This document shows positions 1-9,759 of a stretch of DNA of 35,243 nucleotides, in pieces (positions within the stretch are counted from its first letter, which is position 1; each line of letters begins with the position of its first letter). The notes beneath the pieces are model-generated. The model was given only the letters and a program-made list of their open reading frames with translations, did no database searches and had not been told where the DNA came from. This DNA is from Acetobacteraceae bacterium. Its GTDB lineage: Bacteria; Pseudomonadota; Alphaproteobacteria; Acetobacterales; Acetobacteraceae. The DNA is taken from NCBI GenBank assembly GCA_025356735.1, contig JANXRT010000293.1:1-35243 (forward strand). The letters run 5' to 3'. The translations under genes were made by a program, and so were the position numbers.

Positions 1-761
1 CCGGCTGCGTGCGGGTGATCGCGACCTACAGCGCCGGTTACGACCATATCGACATCGAAGCGGCGCGGCATCGGAATATCGCGATCTGCAACACGCCGGA
101 CGTGCTCTCGGTCGCCACGGCCGAGACCGCGATGCTGCTGATCCTTGCCGCCGCGCGAAGGCTGGGCGAGGGCGAGCGGCTGCTGCGTGCGGGGCTGTGG
201 ACGGGGTGGTCGCCGGATCTGCTGATCGGGATGCAGGTATCCGGCAGGCGGCTCGGCATCTTCGGCATGGGCAGCATCGGCCAACGCCTGGCCGCGATGG
301 CGCGCGGCTTCGGCATGGAGATCCATTATCGTAACCGCGCACGATTGGCGCCCGAGCTGGAATTGGGTGCGGTACATCATGCCGACGACGACAGCTTTCT
401 CGCCGCCTGCGACGTGCTCAGCCTCAACGCGCCCGGTGGCGATGCCACGCGGCACTGGCTGGATGCCGGACGCATCGCCAGGCTGCCGCGCGGTGCGATC
501 GTGGTGAACACGGCGCGCGGCAGCCTGGTCGATGATGCGGCACTCATCGCCGCGCTGCGGTCGGGCCATGTGCGCTATGCCGGGCTGGACGTGTTCGATG
601 GCGAGCCGGCGTTTGATCCGGCCTATCTGACGCTGCCGAACGTGGTGCTGACGCCCCATATGGGCAGCTCGACCGAGGAGGCGCGCCACGCCATGGGCAT
701 GGCCGCGCTGGACGGCATCGCCGCGGTGCTGGCGGGACGCAGGCCAGCCAACCTGGTGTGA
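1..761 (+). CDS. D-isomer-specific 2-hydroxyacid dehydrogenase (glyoxylate/hydroxypyruvate reductase-like); 5' end lies outside the window
   Basis: The frame of ORF 9..761 stays open to the window edge. It has the Rossmann NAD motif GIFGMGSIGQRLA, then VNTARG and the catalytic-His region TPHMGSST. These are typical of the D-2-hydroxyacid dehydrogenase family. Confidence 0.85.
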   Translation, partial: GCVRVIATYSAGYDHIDIEAARHRNIAICNTPDVLSVATAETAMLLILAAARRLGEGERLLRAGLWTGWSPDLLIGMQVSGRRLGIFGMGSIGQRLAAMARGFGMEIHYRNRARLAPELELGAVHHADDDSFLAACDVLSLNAPGGDATRHWLDAGRIARLPRGAIVVNTARGSLVDDAALIAALRSGHVRYAGLDVFDGEPAFDPAYLTLPNVVLTPHMGSSTEEARHAMGMAALDGIAAVLAGRRPANLV

Positions 762-872
762 ACGCGACAGACCCCACGGGCGGCTTCTGGACGTTTGACA
801 TCGTTCCATAAAACCCAGCAGAGTTTGCCGGCGGGAAACGGACGACAGGTCCGTGCCGCGGGGGACGCCGAG

Positions 873-1901
873 ATGCAGCGCAAGAAGCTCGCCGGAAGCC
901 TTTCGCGCCGATCGCTGGTCGGCGGCGCGGCCTGCGCCACCGCCGTCACCATCCTGCACTGGCCGGCCGAGGCCGCGGAATTCTCCTACAAGTTCGGCAG
1001 CGTGCTGCCGATCACCCATCCGATGAACGCGCGCATCGCCGAGGCGGCGGGCAAGATCAAGGAGGCGACCGGCGGGCAGTTCGAATACGCGGTCTATCCA
1101 AGCAGCGCGCTGGGCGGCGACACCGCGATGATCGCCCAGGCTATTTCCGGCGCGTTGCAGATGTATTCGCTGTCGGGCGACATCCTGGCGCCGCGGGCAC
1201 CGGCCGCGGGCATCATGGGCGTCGGCTTCGCCTTTCCCGGCTACGGCCCGAACTGGGCGGCGATGGATGGCGAGCTTGGCGTGTGGTATCGCAGCCTTGC
1301 CGAGAAGCAGGGCCTGTATGCCCTGCCGCAGGCGTTCGACCACGGCTTTCGCAACATCACCACCCGCAACAAGCCGATCAACACGCCCGACGATTTGCGC
1401 GGCTTCAAGATCCGGCTGCCGGTGGCGCCGACCCTGATCGCCCTGTTCAGGAGCCTCGGCGCCGCGCCGACGCCGCTCAACCTGGGCGAGGTCTACAGCG
1501 CGCTGCAGACCGGCATCGTCGATGGCCAGGAGAACCCGCTGCAGCTGATCGACGAGGCCAAGTTCTACGAAGTGCAGAAATACATCAGCATGACCAGCCA
1601 TGTCTGGACCGGGCTGCACTGCTCGTTCAACCTGGCGGCCTGGAAGAAGCTGCCGGGGCCGATCCAGGACAGCATCGGCGGGATCCTGACCGAGGCCGCG
1701 ACCCAGGAGCGCGCCGACTGGCTGCGCAACAACGACACCGTATCGCAGAGGCTCAAGGATCACGGCATGGCGTTCAACACGCCCGACATCAAGCCGTTCC
1801 AGGCGCTGGCGACCCAGAAGGGCTACTACGCCGAGATCAAGCAGCGCATGGGCGACGAGCCGTGGGCGCTGCTGGAGAAATACACCGGCAAGCTGGGCTG
1901 A
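873..1901 (+). CDS. TRAP transporter substrate-binding protein (DctP family)
   Basis: ORF 795..1901. The Met at 873 (MQRKKLAGSLSRRSLVGGAACATAVTILHWPAEA) starts a Tat/Sec-like signal peptide. The 26 codons before it look like read-through. The body looks DctP-like and the TRAP permease gene follows directly. Confidence 0.85.
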   Translation: MQRKKLAGSLSRRSLVGGAACATAVTILHWPAEAAEFSYKFGSVLPITHPMNARIAEAAGKIKEATGGQFEYAVYPSSALGGDTAMIAQAISGALQMYSLSGDILAPRAPAAGIMGVGFAFPGYGPNWAAMDGELGVWYRSLAEKQGLYALPQAFDHGFRNITTRNKPINTPDDLRGFKIRLPVAPTLIALFRSLGAAPTPLNLGEVYSALQTGIVDGQENPLQLIDEAKFYEVQKYISMTSHVWTGLHCSFNLAAWKKLPGPIQDSIGGILTEAATQERADWLRNNDTVSQRLKDHGMAFNTPDIKPFQALATQKGYYAEIKQRMGDEPWALLEKYTGKLG

Positions 1902-1935
1902 CGGCGCAAACCCCGATCCACAGGAGCCTGCGGCC

Positions 1936-3807
1936 ATGAGCGTCCAGGTGCTGCAATCACAGGCGGTCGGCGCGTCGGGGCTGCGTCGCATCGCCTTTCA
2001 GCTCGACCGGGGGATCGGCCACGTGACCGAGGCCGCCGGCGCCGCCATCGTGGTCGCCGAGACCTGCATCCTGTTCGCCGGGGTGGTATCGCGCTACGTG
2101 TTCGACGATCCGATCATCTGGACCGACGAGCTGGCCAACTTCCTGTTCCTGTGGCTGTCCATGCTCGGCACCGTAGTGGCGCTGCGCGGTGATGGGCACA
2201 TGCGCCTGACCACCCTGGTCAACATCTCGCGGCCCAGCCTGGGCCGGTGGTTCAACTCGGTCGCCGCCCTCGTCGTCGTCGCCTTCGTGCTGTTGATCCT
2301 GCTGCCGGCCCGGGAATACCTGCTGGAGCAGCAATACACCGAGCTGACCACGCTCGGCATTTCAGAAGGCTGGCGTGCGCTTGCGATCCTGGTCGGCATG
2401 AGCCTGGCCGCGATCGTCGCCATCCTGCGGCTGATCGAGACCGCCACATGGCGGGAGTTCGCGCTGGCGGTGCTGGTGGCGGGCGGGGTCAGCCTGGCGC
2501 TGTGGCTTTTGCAGCCGCAATTGGTGGCGCTCGGCTTCGGCAGCCTGGTTATTTTCTTCGTTGTCATCGTCGGCGCGTGCGTCGCCATCGGCGTGCCGAT
2601 CGCCTTCGCCTTCGGCGTCGCCACCATGTCCTACCTCGCGCTGACCACCGACACGCCGCTATCGGTCGTGGTCAACCGGATGGATGACGGCATGTCGAAC
2701 CTGCTGCTGCTGTCGGTGCCGATGTTCGTCTTCCTCGGTCTGCTGATGGAGATGACCGGCATCGCCCGGGTGATGGTGGCCTTCCTCGTGTCCCTCGTGG
2801 GTCATGTCCGCGGCGGGCTGTCCTACGTCCTGCTCGGCGCGATGTTCCTGGTGTCCGGCATTTCGGGATCGAAGGCCGCCGACATGGCCGCGGTGGCGCC
2901 GGTGCTGTTCCCCGAGATGCGCAAGCGCGGCCAGCATCCGGGCGAGCTTGCCTCGCTGCTGGCGACCTCGTCGGCGATGTCGGAAACCATCCCGCCCAGC
3001 CTGGTGCTGATTACCATCGGCTCGGTTACCAGCGTCTCGATCTCGGCCCTGTTCACCGGCGGCCTGCTGCCCGCCCTGGTCGCGGCCCTGGCTCTGGTCG
3101 TTGTTGCCTGGTGGCGCTCGCGCGGCGAGGACACCACCGGGCGAACCCGCGCGCCGGGGCGCGAGATCGTTCGCACCCTGCTGGTGGCGCTGCCCGGCCT
3201 GACCTTGCCCTTCGTCATCCGCGCCGCCGTGGTCCGCGGCATCGCCACCGCGACCGAGGTTTCCACCGTCGGCGTGGTCTATACCGCTTTGCTTGGATTG
3301 CTGGTCTATCGCCAGTTCGACTGGCGGCGGATCTATCCGCTGCTGGTCGAGACGGTGGCCCTGACCGGTGCCGTGATGCTGATCGTCGGCACAGCCACGG
3401 CGATGTCCTGGGGCCTGACGCAGTCCGGTTTTTCGAACTGGCTGGTCGCCTCCATGGCCGGTGTGCCGGGCGGAAAAGCCGGATTTCTGGGCATCACGAT
3501 CGTCGCCTTCATCATCCTGGGCAGCGTTTTGGAGGGCATTCCCGCCATCCTGCTGTTCGGCCCGCTGCTGCTGCCGGTGGCGCGCGCGATGGGCGTGCAC
3601 GAGGTGCATTATTCCATCGTCGTGATCCTGGCGATGGGCATCGGCCTGTTCGCGCCACCCTTTGGCGTTGGTTTCTATGGCGCCTGCGCGATCGGCAAGA
3701 TCTCGCCCGATGACGCCATCGGTCGCATCTGGCCCTACATCTTCGCCCTGGTCGTGGCGCTGGTCGTGGTCGCCGCCTTCCCGTGGCTGTCGATCGGGTT
3801 CCTGTAA
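1936..3807 (+). CDS. TRAP transporter permease, fused small (DctQ-like) and large (DctM-like) subunits
   Basis: 623-aa polytopic membrane protein. An N-terminal 4-TM DctQ-like module is followed by a long DctM-like module. It starts 35 nt after the DctP gene on the same strand. Confidence 0.85.
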   Translation: MSVQVLQSQAVGASGLRRIAFQLDRGIGHVTEAAGAAIVVAETCILFAGVVSRYVFDDPIIWTDELANFLFLWLSMLGTVVALRGDGHMRLTTLVNISRPSLGRWFNSVAALVVVAFVLLILLPAREYLLEQQYTELTTLGISEGWRALAILVGMSLAAIVAILRLIETATWREFALAVLVAGGVSLALWLLQPQLVALGFGSLVIFFVVIVGACVAIGVPIAFAFGVATMSYLALTTDTPLSVVVNRMDDGMSNLLLLSVPMFVFLGLLMEMTGIARVMVAFLVSLVGHVRGGLSYVLLGAMFLVSGISGSKAADMAAVAPVLFPEMRKRGQHPGELASLLATSSAMSETIPPSLVLITIGSVTSVSISALFTGGLLPALVAALALVVVAWWRSRGEDTTGRTRAPGREIVRTLLVALPGLTLPFVIRAAVVRGIATATEVSTVGVVYTALLGLLVYRQFDWRRIYPLLVETVALTGAVMLIVGTATAMSWGLTQSGFSNWLVASMAGVPGGKAGFLGITIVAFIILGSVLEGIPAILLFGPLLLPVARAMGVHEVHYSIVVILAMGIGLFAPPFGVGFYGACAIGKISPDDAIGRIWPYIFALVVALVVVAAFPWLSIGFL

Positions 3808-3817
3808 GGGTTGCCGC

Positions 3818-4909
3818 TCAGGCGTTCATCCCCCGCAAGGCTTCGCAGACGGCGCGCGTGACTTCCTTGGTCGTCGCCTTGCCGCCGAGGTCGGGCGTCA
3901 GCAGCCCATTGGTGCAGACCTGCTCGACGGCGCGCATCAGCAGGTCGGCGGCGGGCTTTTCGCCGAGGTGCTCCAGCATCATCGCCGCGGTCCAGAAGCT
4001 GGCGACCGGGTTGGCGATGCCCTTGCCGGTGATGTCGAAGGCTGAGCCGTGGATCGGCTCGAACATCGACGGGTTTTTCCGACTTGGATCGACGTTGCCG
4101 GTCGGCGCGATGCCGAGCGAGCCCGCGAGGGCGGCGGCGAGGTCGGACAGGATGTCGGCGTGCAGGTTGGTCGCGACCACGGTGTCGATGCCGCGCGGCT
4201 TGAGCACCATCCGCATGGTCATGGCGTCGACCAGTTCCTTGTCCCAGGTGACATTCGGGAAATCATGCGAAACCAGGCCGGCGATCTCGTCCCACAGCAC
4301 CATGCCGAAGCGTTGGGCGTTGGATTTGGTTACCACGGTGAGGTGCCTGCGCGGCCGGGCGGCGGCCTGTTCGAAGGCGTAGCGCATTATTCTTTCCACG
4401 CCGTGGCGGGTGAAGATCGCGGTTTCGGTGGCGACCTCCTCCGGCCGGCCGCGATGGGTGCGACCGCCCTGGCCCGCGTATTCCCCCTCGGAGTTCTCTC
4501 GAATAATTAACCAGTCGAGGTCGCCGGGGCCGACATTTCGAAGTGGGCTGGTGATGCCGGGCAGGATGCGGGTTGGGCGAACGTTGGCGTATTGGTCGAG
4601 ACCCTGGCAGATCTGCAGGCGCAGGCCCCACAGGGAAATATGGTCGGGGATGTTGGGGTCACCGACGGCGCCGAAATAGATCGCGTCGGCGGTGCGCAGC
4701 CAGGCCAGCGCGTCGGCCGGCATGAATGCGCCGTGGCGGCGGTAGTAGTCCGAGCCCCAGTCGTAGCGGTCGATCTTTAAGGTGAAGCCGACGCCGCGGG
4801 CGGTGAGGGCGTCCAAAACCTCGAGCCCGGCCTCGATGACTTCGGGGCCGATGCCGTCGGCGGGGATCGAGGCGATGCGGTGTTGGCGCATGGTCAGGAT
4901 TTTTTCCAT
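3818..4909 (-). CDS. Tartrate dehydrogenase/decarboxylase or D-malate dehydrogenase (isocitrate/isopropylmalate dehydrogenase family)
   Basis: N-terminus RIASIPADGIGPEV. Other family signatures are REN(S/T)EGEY, ATNLHADILSDLAAALAGSLGIAP and FEPIHGSAFDITGKGIANP. It aligns along its length with my memory of E. coli DmlA/YeaU. An alternative start is ATG 4891 (MRQHR...). Confidence 0.85.
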   Translation of the reverse strand: MEKILTMRQHRIASIPADGIGPEVIEAGLEVLDALTARGVGFTLKIDRYDWGSDYYRRHGAFMPADALAWLRTADAIYFGAVGDPNIPDHISLWGLRLQICQGLDQYANVRPTRILPGITSPLRNVGPGDLDWLIIRENSEGEYAGQGGRTHRGRPEEVATETAIFTRHGVERIMRYAFEQAAARPRRHLTVVTKSNAQRFGMVLWDEIAGLVSHDFPNVTWDKELVDAMTMRMVLKPRGIDTVVATNLHADILSDLAAALAGSLGIAPTGNVDPSRKNPSMFEPIHGSAFDITGKGIANPVASFWTAAMMLEHLGEKPAADLLMRAVEQVCTNGLLTPDLGGKATTKEVTRAVCEALRGMNA

Positions 4910-5601
4910 GTCTGGTAGGCGGCGAGCGTCGCCTCATTGGGTGGGTAGGTGCCGGGCAAGGCGGCGCCTTCGATGATGCGCTCCAGCAGGAAGCCTTCAA
5001 GCTCCTCCTGCGCGGCGGCGTCGATCGCGACCTCGGCGGCGAGGCTGGCGGGAAGCACGACGACGCCGTCATGGTCGCCGACGACGATGTCGCCGGGATA
5101 GACCGCGACGCCGCCGCAGCCGATCGGCACGTTGCTCTCGACCGCGTGGTGGCGGGCGAGGTTCAATGGCGCGCTGGGGCCGGAGCAGAACACCGGGAAC
5201 GGCAGTTCGGATATGGGCCGCACGTCCCGCACGCCGCCGTCCGAGACGAACCCGGCGACGCCGCGCTTCATCAGCCGGGTGATCAGGATTTCGCCGGCCG
5301 AGGCGGCGCGCGTGTCGCCGCGGCAGTCGATCACCAGCACGTGGCCCTCGGGGGTGATCTCGATGGCGCGGCGCTGCGGGTGCTCGGCGTCGGCGAACAC
5401 GCCGGGATGGTCGAGGTCCTCGCGGCAGGGGATGTTGCGCAGGGTGAAGGCGGGGCCGACCAGGTTGGCGTCGAGCCGGCCGAGGCGCTGCACGCCCTGC
5501 AGGTAGATGTTGCGAAAGCCGCGCTTCATCATCTGGGTGGTCAGGGTGGCGGTGCTGACGCCGCTCAGCAGTCTTCGCGTTTCGCTGGAAAATTGCAGCA
5601 T
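4894..5601 (-). CDS. RraA-family protein (HMG/CHA aldolase / oxaloacetate decarboxylase-like)
   Basis: ORF 4894..5658. The in-frame ATG at 5601 (MLQFSSETRRLLSGVSTATLTTQM...) fits the family N-terminus. RraA-like core: GDIVVGDHDGVVVLP. Its stop (4894-4896) overlaps or abuts the downstream dehydrogenase start. Confidence 0.75.
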   Translation of the reverse strand: MLQFSSETRRLLSGVSTATLTTQMMKRGFRNIYLQGVQRLGRLDANLVGPAFTLRNIPCREDLDHPGVFADAEHPQRRAIEITPEGHVLVIDCRGDTRAASAGEILITRLMKRGVAGFVSDGGVRDVRPISELPFPVFCSGPSAPLNLARHHAVESNVPIGCGGVAVYPGDIVVGDHDGVVVLPASLAAEVAIDAAAQEELEGFLLERIIEGAALPGTYPPNEATLAAYQTWKKS

Positions 5602-5732
5602 GTCGGTTGCTCCGGCCGGTGAATGCCGCAGCGTGCCTCGCCGCGACCAACCCGGCAATCGGGGTGCCTGAAATCAATTGCGATAGCGGATAAAAGATGT
5701 AGGCTGCCCGGCAGATACGGGAGGCAACGATA

Positions 5733-6923
5733 ATGAATGAAAACACCGCGACGCGGCGGGCTCTGCTCGCCGGTCTGGCGGGCATGGCGGCATTCCCCGA
5801 GATGGCGCGCGCGCAGGCTGTGCGTCCAGCCGCGCCGGCCTCGCCGCTGACGCTCAACATCGTCGATGTCGCGGGCAACTTGCAGCTGTCGCAGCGCTCG
5901 TTCGAGGAGTACCGCCGGGCCAATCCAACCTATGTCGGAAAGTTCAGCTTCACCCAGGCGCCGGCGCCGGAACTGCCGGGCAAGCTGCGGGCGCAGCAGG
6001 CGGCGGGGCGGGTGGACATCGACATGGTGATGACCGGCACCGATGGGGTCGCCGCCGGCATCAGCCAGAACCTGTGGGAGAAGCTTCTGCCGGACCATTC
6101 GGCCTCGCTGCCGAACATGGAAAAGACGTTGCAGCCGGCGGCGCTGAGGATGCAGGCGCTGGCGCAGGGCCAGGCGGTGTGCGGCTGGTACTGTCCGGGC
6201 GGGCCGCTGCTGGAATACATGCCGACCCGGGTGCCGCAGCCGCCGCGCTCGGTCGAGGAGTTGCTGGCCTGGACGAAGGCTCATCCCAAGCGGTTCATGT
6301 ATGCGCGTCCTGCCAACTCCGGTCCCGGGCGCGCCTTCATGATGGGGCTGCCGTACCTGCTCGGCGACAGCGATCCAAAAGACCCGGTGAAGGGCTGGGA
6401 CAAGACCTGGAGCTACCTCTCCGAACTCGGCCGCAACGTAGAGTATTATCCGACCGGCACCGGTGCGACGATGAAGGAGCTTGGCGAGGGATCGCGCGAC
6501 ATCATCGCGACGATGACCGGCTGGGACATCAATCCGCGGGTGCTGGGAGTGGTGCCGAAGGAGGCCGAGATCATCGTGCTGAACAACTTCCACTGGGTGA
6601 CGGACGCCCAGTACATGGCCATCCCGCGCGGCCTGGCACCCGAAAAGATGCCTATCCTGCTTGACCTCATCAGCTACATGCTGACCCCGAAGGCGCAGGC
6701 GGTGAGCTATGACAAGGGTTACTTCTATCCCGGACCGTCGGTTGCCGGAGTCACGTTGGACATGGCGCCCCAGGATAGCCAGGACGCGATCAACGAATAC
6801 AACCGGCCGTTCTACGCCAAGCTGATCGCCGAGCGGCCGGCCGAGACGCCGCTGGATGCCGACAAGATGGTGCTGGCCTTCGCGCGCTGGGACGAGCAGA
6901 TCGGCGCCAAGGTCGGCAAGTAG
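5733..6923 (+). CDS. ABC transporter periplasmic substrate-binding protein (family-1, PotD/AfuA-like)
   Basis: Tat-type signal MNENTATRRALLAGLAGMAAFPEMARAQA. GGGAGG Shine-Dalgarno 8 nt upstream. Followed by an ATPase gene and two permease genes. Confidence 0.8.
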   Translation: MNENTATRRALLAGLAGMAAFPEMARAQAVRPAAPASPLTLNIVDVAGNLQLSQRSFEEYRRANPTYVGKFSFTQAPAPELPGKLRAQQAAGRVDIDMVMTGTDGVAAGISQNLWEKLLPDHSASLPNMEKTLQPAALRMQALAQGQAVCGWYCPGGPLLEYMPTRVPQPPRSVEELLAWTKAHPKRFMYARPANSGPGRAFMMGLPYLLGDSDPKDPVKGWDKTWSYLSELGRNVEYYPTGTGATMKELGEGSRDIIATMTGWDINPRVLGVVPKEAEIIVLNNFHWVTDAQYMAIPRGLAPEKMPILLDLISYMLTPKAQAVSYDKGYFYPGPSVAGVTLDMAPQDSQDAINEYNRPFYAKLIAERPAETPLDADKMVLAFARWDEQIGAKVGK

Positions 6924-6932
6924 TTTCTTTCG

Positions 6933-7994
6933 GTGGCAATCGCGGCGCGGGATTTCCGCCAATTGCGGCTCGACGGAATAAGCCGCGATTTCGGGCTGCT
7001 GAACGCGCTCCGGAACGTTTCCCTGACAGTCGGGCGGGGGGAGTTCATCGCGCTGCTCGGCCCGTCGGGCTGCGGCAAGTCGACGGCGCTGAACTGCCTC
7101 GCCGGGCTGCTGACCCTGACCGGGGGCAGCATCTGGCTGGATGACCGGCGCATCGACACGCTGGCGCCGGAAGCGCGCGGCTTCGGCATGGTGTTCCAGA
7201 ATTATGCGTTGTTTCCGCATCTGACGGTGGCGCGCAACATCGCCTTCGGGCTGGAGATGCAGGGCGTTGCCCGGTCCGAGATTTCGCGGCGGGTGGCCGA
7301 GGCGCTGGCGCTGGTGCGGCTGGAGGCGCAGGCGGAGAAGCTGCCGGGGCAGATATCGGGCGGCCAGCAGCAGCGCGTGGCGATCGCGCGCGCCATCGTC
7401 GTCGGGCCGCCGCTCGTGCTGATGGACGAGCCGCTTTCCAACCTCGACGCCAAGCTGCGGCTGGAGATGCGGACCGAGATCCGGCGCATCCACGGGCTGC
7501 TCGGCTGCTCGACGATCTATGTGACCCACGACCAGGACGAGGCGCTGTCGCTCGCCGACCGCATCGTCGTGCTGCGCGATGGCGAGGTGCGCCAGATCGG
7601 CACGCCGGAGGAGTTGTACGCGCGGCCGGCGACATCGGACGTTGCCGAGTTCATGGGTTTTCGCAACATCTTTTCCACATCGTGCGAGGCGGTCGGCAAT
7701 GATTTGTTCGCGCGCATCGGCGGCGCTTTGGTGGCGGGCACGTCGGTGGGGCAGGGCCGGGCGGGACCGGCGATCGCAGCGATCCGGCCGGACGACCTGA
7801 CGCCGCAGCCTGAGGGTCCGATCGCGGCAAGGGTCGAGGCGATCGAGTATCGCGGCCGTGACTTCTTCGGCGTGGCGCGGGCGGTGAGCGGCGAGGAATT
7901 GTATTTCCGCACGGAGCATCGCGCCGGCGTTGGCGAGGCGGTGCGGCTGGGGGCACCTCCCGGCCGGGTGCTGATCTATCCCGGCGCCGCATGA
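6933..7994 (+). CDS. ABC transporter ATP-binding protein (PotA/MalK-type with C-terminal regulatory domain)
   Basis: Walker A GPSGCGKST, signature ISGGQQQRVAIARA, Walker B LVLMDEPLSNLD, H-loop YVTHDQ. GTG start. Confidence 0.9.
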   Translation: MAIAARDFRQLRLDGISRDFGLLNALRNVSLTVGRGEFIALLGPSGCGKSTALNCLAGLLTLTGGSIWLDDRRIDTLAPEARGFGMVFQNYALFPHLTVARNIAFGLEMQGVARSEISRRVAEALALVRLEAQAEKLPGQISGGQQQRVAIARAIVVGPPLVLMDEPLSNLDAKLRLEMRTEIRRIHGLLGCSTIYVTHDQDEALSLADRIVVLRDGEVRQIGTPEELYARPATSDVAEFMGFRNIFSTSCEAVGNDLFARIGGALVAGTSVGQGRAGPAIAAIRPDDLTPQPEGPIAARVEAIEYRGRDFFGVARAVSGEELYFRTEHRAGVGEAVRLGAPPGRVLIYPGAA

Positions 7995-8869
7995 ACGCGG
8001 TGCCATGGCGGTTGCGGCTGCAGAATCGAGGTTTGGACGGTGTTACCTTGCTGGTATTGCCAGCGGTCGGCTTTATCGTGGCGCTGTTCGTCTATCCGTT
8101 CCTGTACGGGCTGTTTCTGTCGTTCGCGCCGATGCAGGGGCCGTGGTTCGCCAACTACAAAAAATTCTTCGGCGATCCGTTCCTCTACGACACCATCCTG
8201 ACCACGCTGTGGATTGCGGTGCCGGCGACATTGGTCAATCTGCTGGTATCCATTCCGGTGGCGATGCGGGTGCGGCTCATGGCGCATCCGCGGCTGCTGA
8301 CGACCATCCTTGTTATTCCGATCACCCTCGGCACGGTGCTGGTGGCGGAGGGGCTGCTGAACTATCTCGGCCCGCGCGGCTGGCTCAATCGGGCACTGAT
8401 CTTCTTCGCCGTCACCGACAGCCCGACCCGGCTGGTGCACAACTACTGGGGTGTTTTCCTGTCGCTGGTGATCACCGGCTTTCCGTTCACCTTTTTGCTC
8501 ATCCAATCGTATGTCACCGGCATCGATCCGTCGCTGGAGCGCGCCGGGGCGATGCTGGGCGCGCGGGCGCCGGCGCGCTTCTTCCGCATCGTGCTGCCGC
8601 TGCTGGTACCGGGGCTGGTGATCACGCTTAGTTTGTCCTTCGTGCAGGCTTTCTCGGTGTTTCCCTCGGCCGTGCTGCTCGGCGCGCCGGCCGGGCCGAC
8701 GCGGGTGATTTCCATCGCCGCCTACCAGGCCGCGTTCGAGCAGTACGACTACTCGATGGCCTCGGCGATCGCGATGATCATGGCGGTGGTGCAGGTGGCG
8801 ATCGTGGTGGCGTTGCTTGGCGCGCGCGGCCTGGTCTATCGCGGCCCGGCGACCGGCGGGAAAGGCTAA
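7991..8869 (+). CDS. ABC transporter permease
   Basis: 292-aa polytopic protein with an EAA-like loop (DPSLERAGAMLGARAPARFFRIVLP). Its start overlaps the ATPase stop by 4 nt. Confidence 0.85.
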   Translation: MNAVPWRLRLQNRGLDGVTLLVLPAVGFIVALFVYPFLYGLFLSFAPMQGPWFANYKKFFGDPFLYDTILTTLWIAVPATLVNLLVSIPVAMRVRLMAHPRLLTTILVIPITLGTVLVAEGLLNYLGPRGWLNRALIFFAVTDSPTRLVHNYWGVFLSLVITGFPFTFLLIQSYVTGIDPSLERAGAMLGARAPARFFRIVLPLLVPGLVITLSLSFVQAFSVFPSAVLLGAPAGPTRVISIAAYQAAFEQYDYSMASAIAMIMAVVQVAIVVALLGARGLVYRGPATGGKG

Positions 8870-8872
8870 AGC

Positions 8873-9703
8873 GTGCACGGCGAAAAAGATTGGGCCGGGC
8901 GGGCGTGGGTGTTCGGGGTATGGAGCCTGGTCGGCTTCTTCATCCTCAATCTGGCGGCGATGATCGGCACGGTGGTGGTGAACTCGTTCGGCACGCGCTG
9001 GTTCGATACGTGGCTGCCGGCGAGCTACACCGTTCGCTGGTACCACCAGGCGTGGGACGAGTTCCAGCTGCCTGACATCCTGATCGTGACGATGGAGGTG
9101 GTCGGAGCGGTGGTGCTGGTCTCCGCTCTGATTGGCGTGCCGGCGGCCTATGGCATGGCCCGGCGCGATTTTCCCGGCAAGCGCGCGGTGATGCTGCTGT
9201 TCCTGCTGCCGCTGCTGGTGCCGCCGATCACCTACGGTATCCCGCTGGCGACGGTGCTGTACCAGGCCGGGCTGGCGGGGCGGATATGGGGCGTGATCCT
9301 GGCCAACCTGGTGCCGACGGTGCCGTTCGTCATCCTGATCATGATACCATTTGTCGAGCAGATCGACCCGCGGGTGGAGGCGGCAGCGCGGGTGTTTGGC
9401 GCCGGCACCGGGCGGTTGTTCGTGCGCGTGCTGGTGCCGCTGCTGGCGCCCGGCATCCTGGCGGCGCTGCTGCTGGTGCTGGTGCGCACGATCGCGATGT
9501 TCGAGCTGACCTTCCTGACCGCCGGTTCGGACAGCCAGACGCTGGTAGTGGCGCTGTACTATGCGGTGTTCGCCGCCGGCGTGCGCCCCGGCCAGTCGAT
9601 CGACGCTATGGCGGTGGTCTACATGCTGACGACGATGGTCTGGCTGCTGATCGCGCTGCGCTTCGTCAATCCGACGCAGATTGTGGTGCGGGGGCGGCGG
9701 TAG
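8873..9703 (+). CDS. ABC transporter permease
   Basis: 276-aa polytopic protein with an EAA-like loop (DPRVEAAARVFGAGTGRLFVRVLVP). GTG start 3 nt after the previous stop. Confidence 0.85.
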   Translation: MHGEKDWAGRAWVFGVWSLVGFFILNLAAMIGTVVVNSFGTRWFDTWLPASYTVRWYHQAWDEFQLPDILIVTMEVVGAVVLVSALIGVPAAYGMARRDFPGKRAVMLLFLLPLLVPPITYGIPLATVLYQAGLAGRIWGVILANLVPTVPFVILIMIPFVEQIDPRVEAAARVFGAGTGRLFVRVLVPLLAPGILAALLLVLVRTIAMFELTFLTAGSDSQTLVVALYYAVFAAGVRPGQSIDAMAVVYMLTTMVWLLIALRFVNPTQIVVRGRR

Positions 9704-9759
9704 GGAACCGCCCGCGCTGGAATCATGGTATGGTTCGTGCGGGGGGAGTATCGGCAGCC

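Noticed and set aside
2659-3609. 316-aa minus-strand ORF, plus other ORFs overlapping the TRAP permease gene
   Set aside because: They are antisense or off-frame to a clearly polytopic DctQM protein. Their composition is charged low-complexity.
5565-8006. 813-aa ORF on the minus strand
   Set aside because: It runs antisense across the well-supported SBP and ATPase genes. Its translation is Arg/Pro/His/Gln-rich low-complexity sequence with no recognisable motifs. This is a typical shadow ORF of GC-rich DNA.
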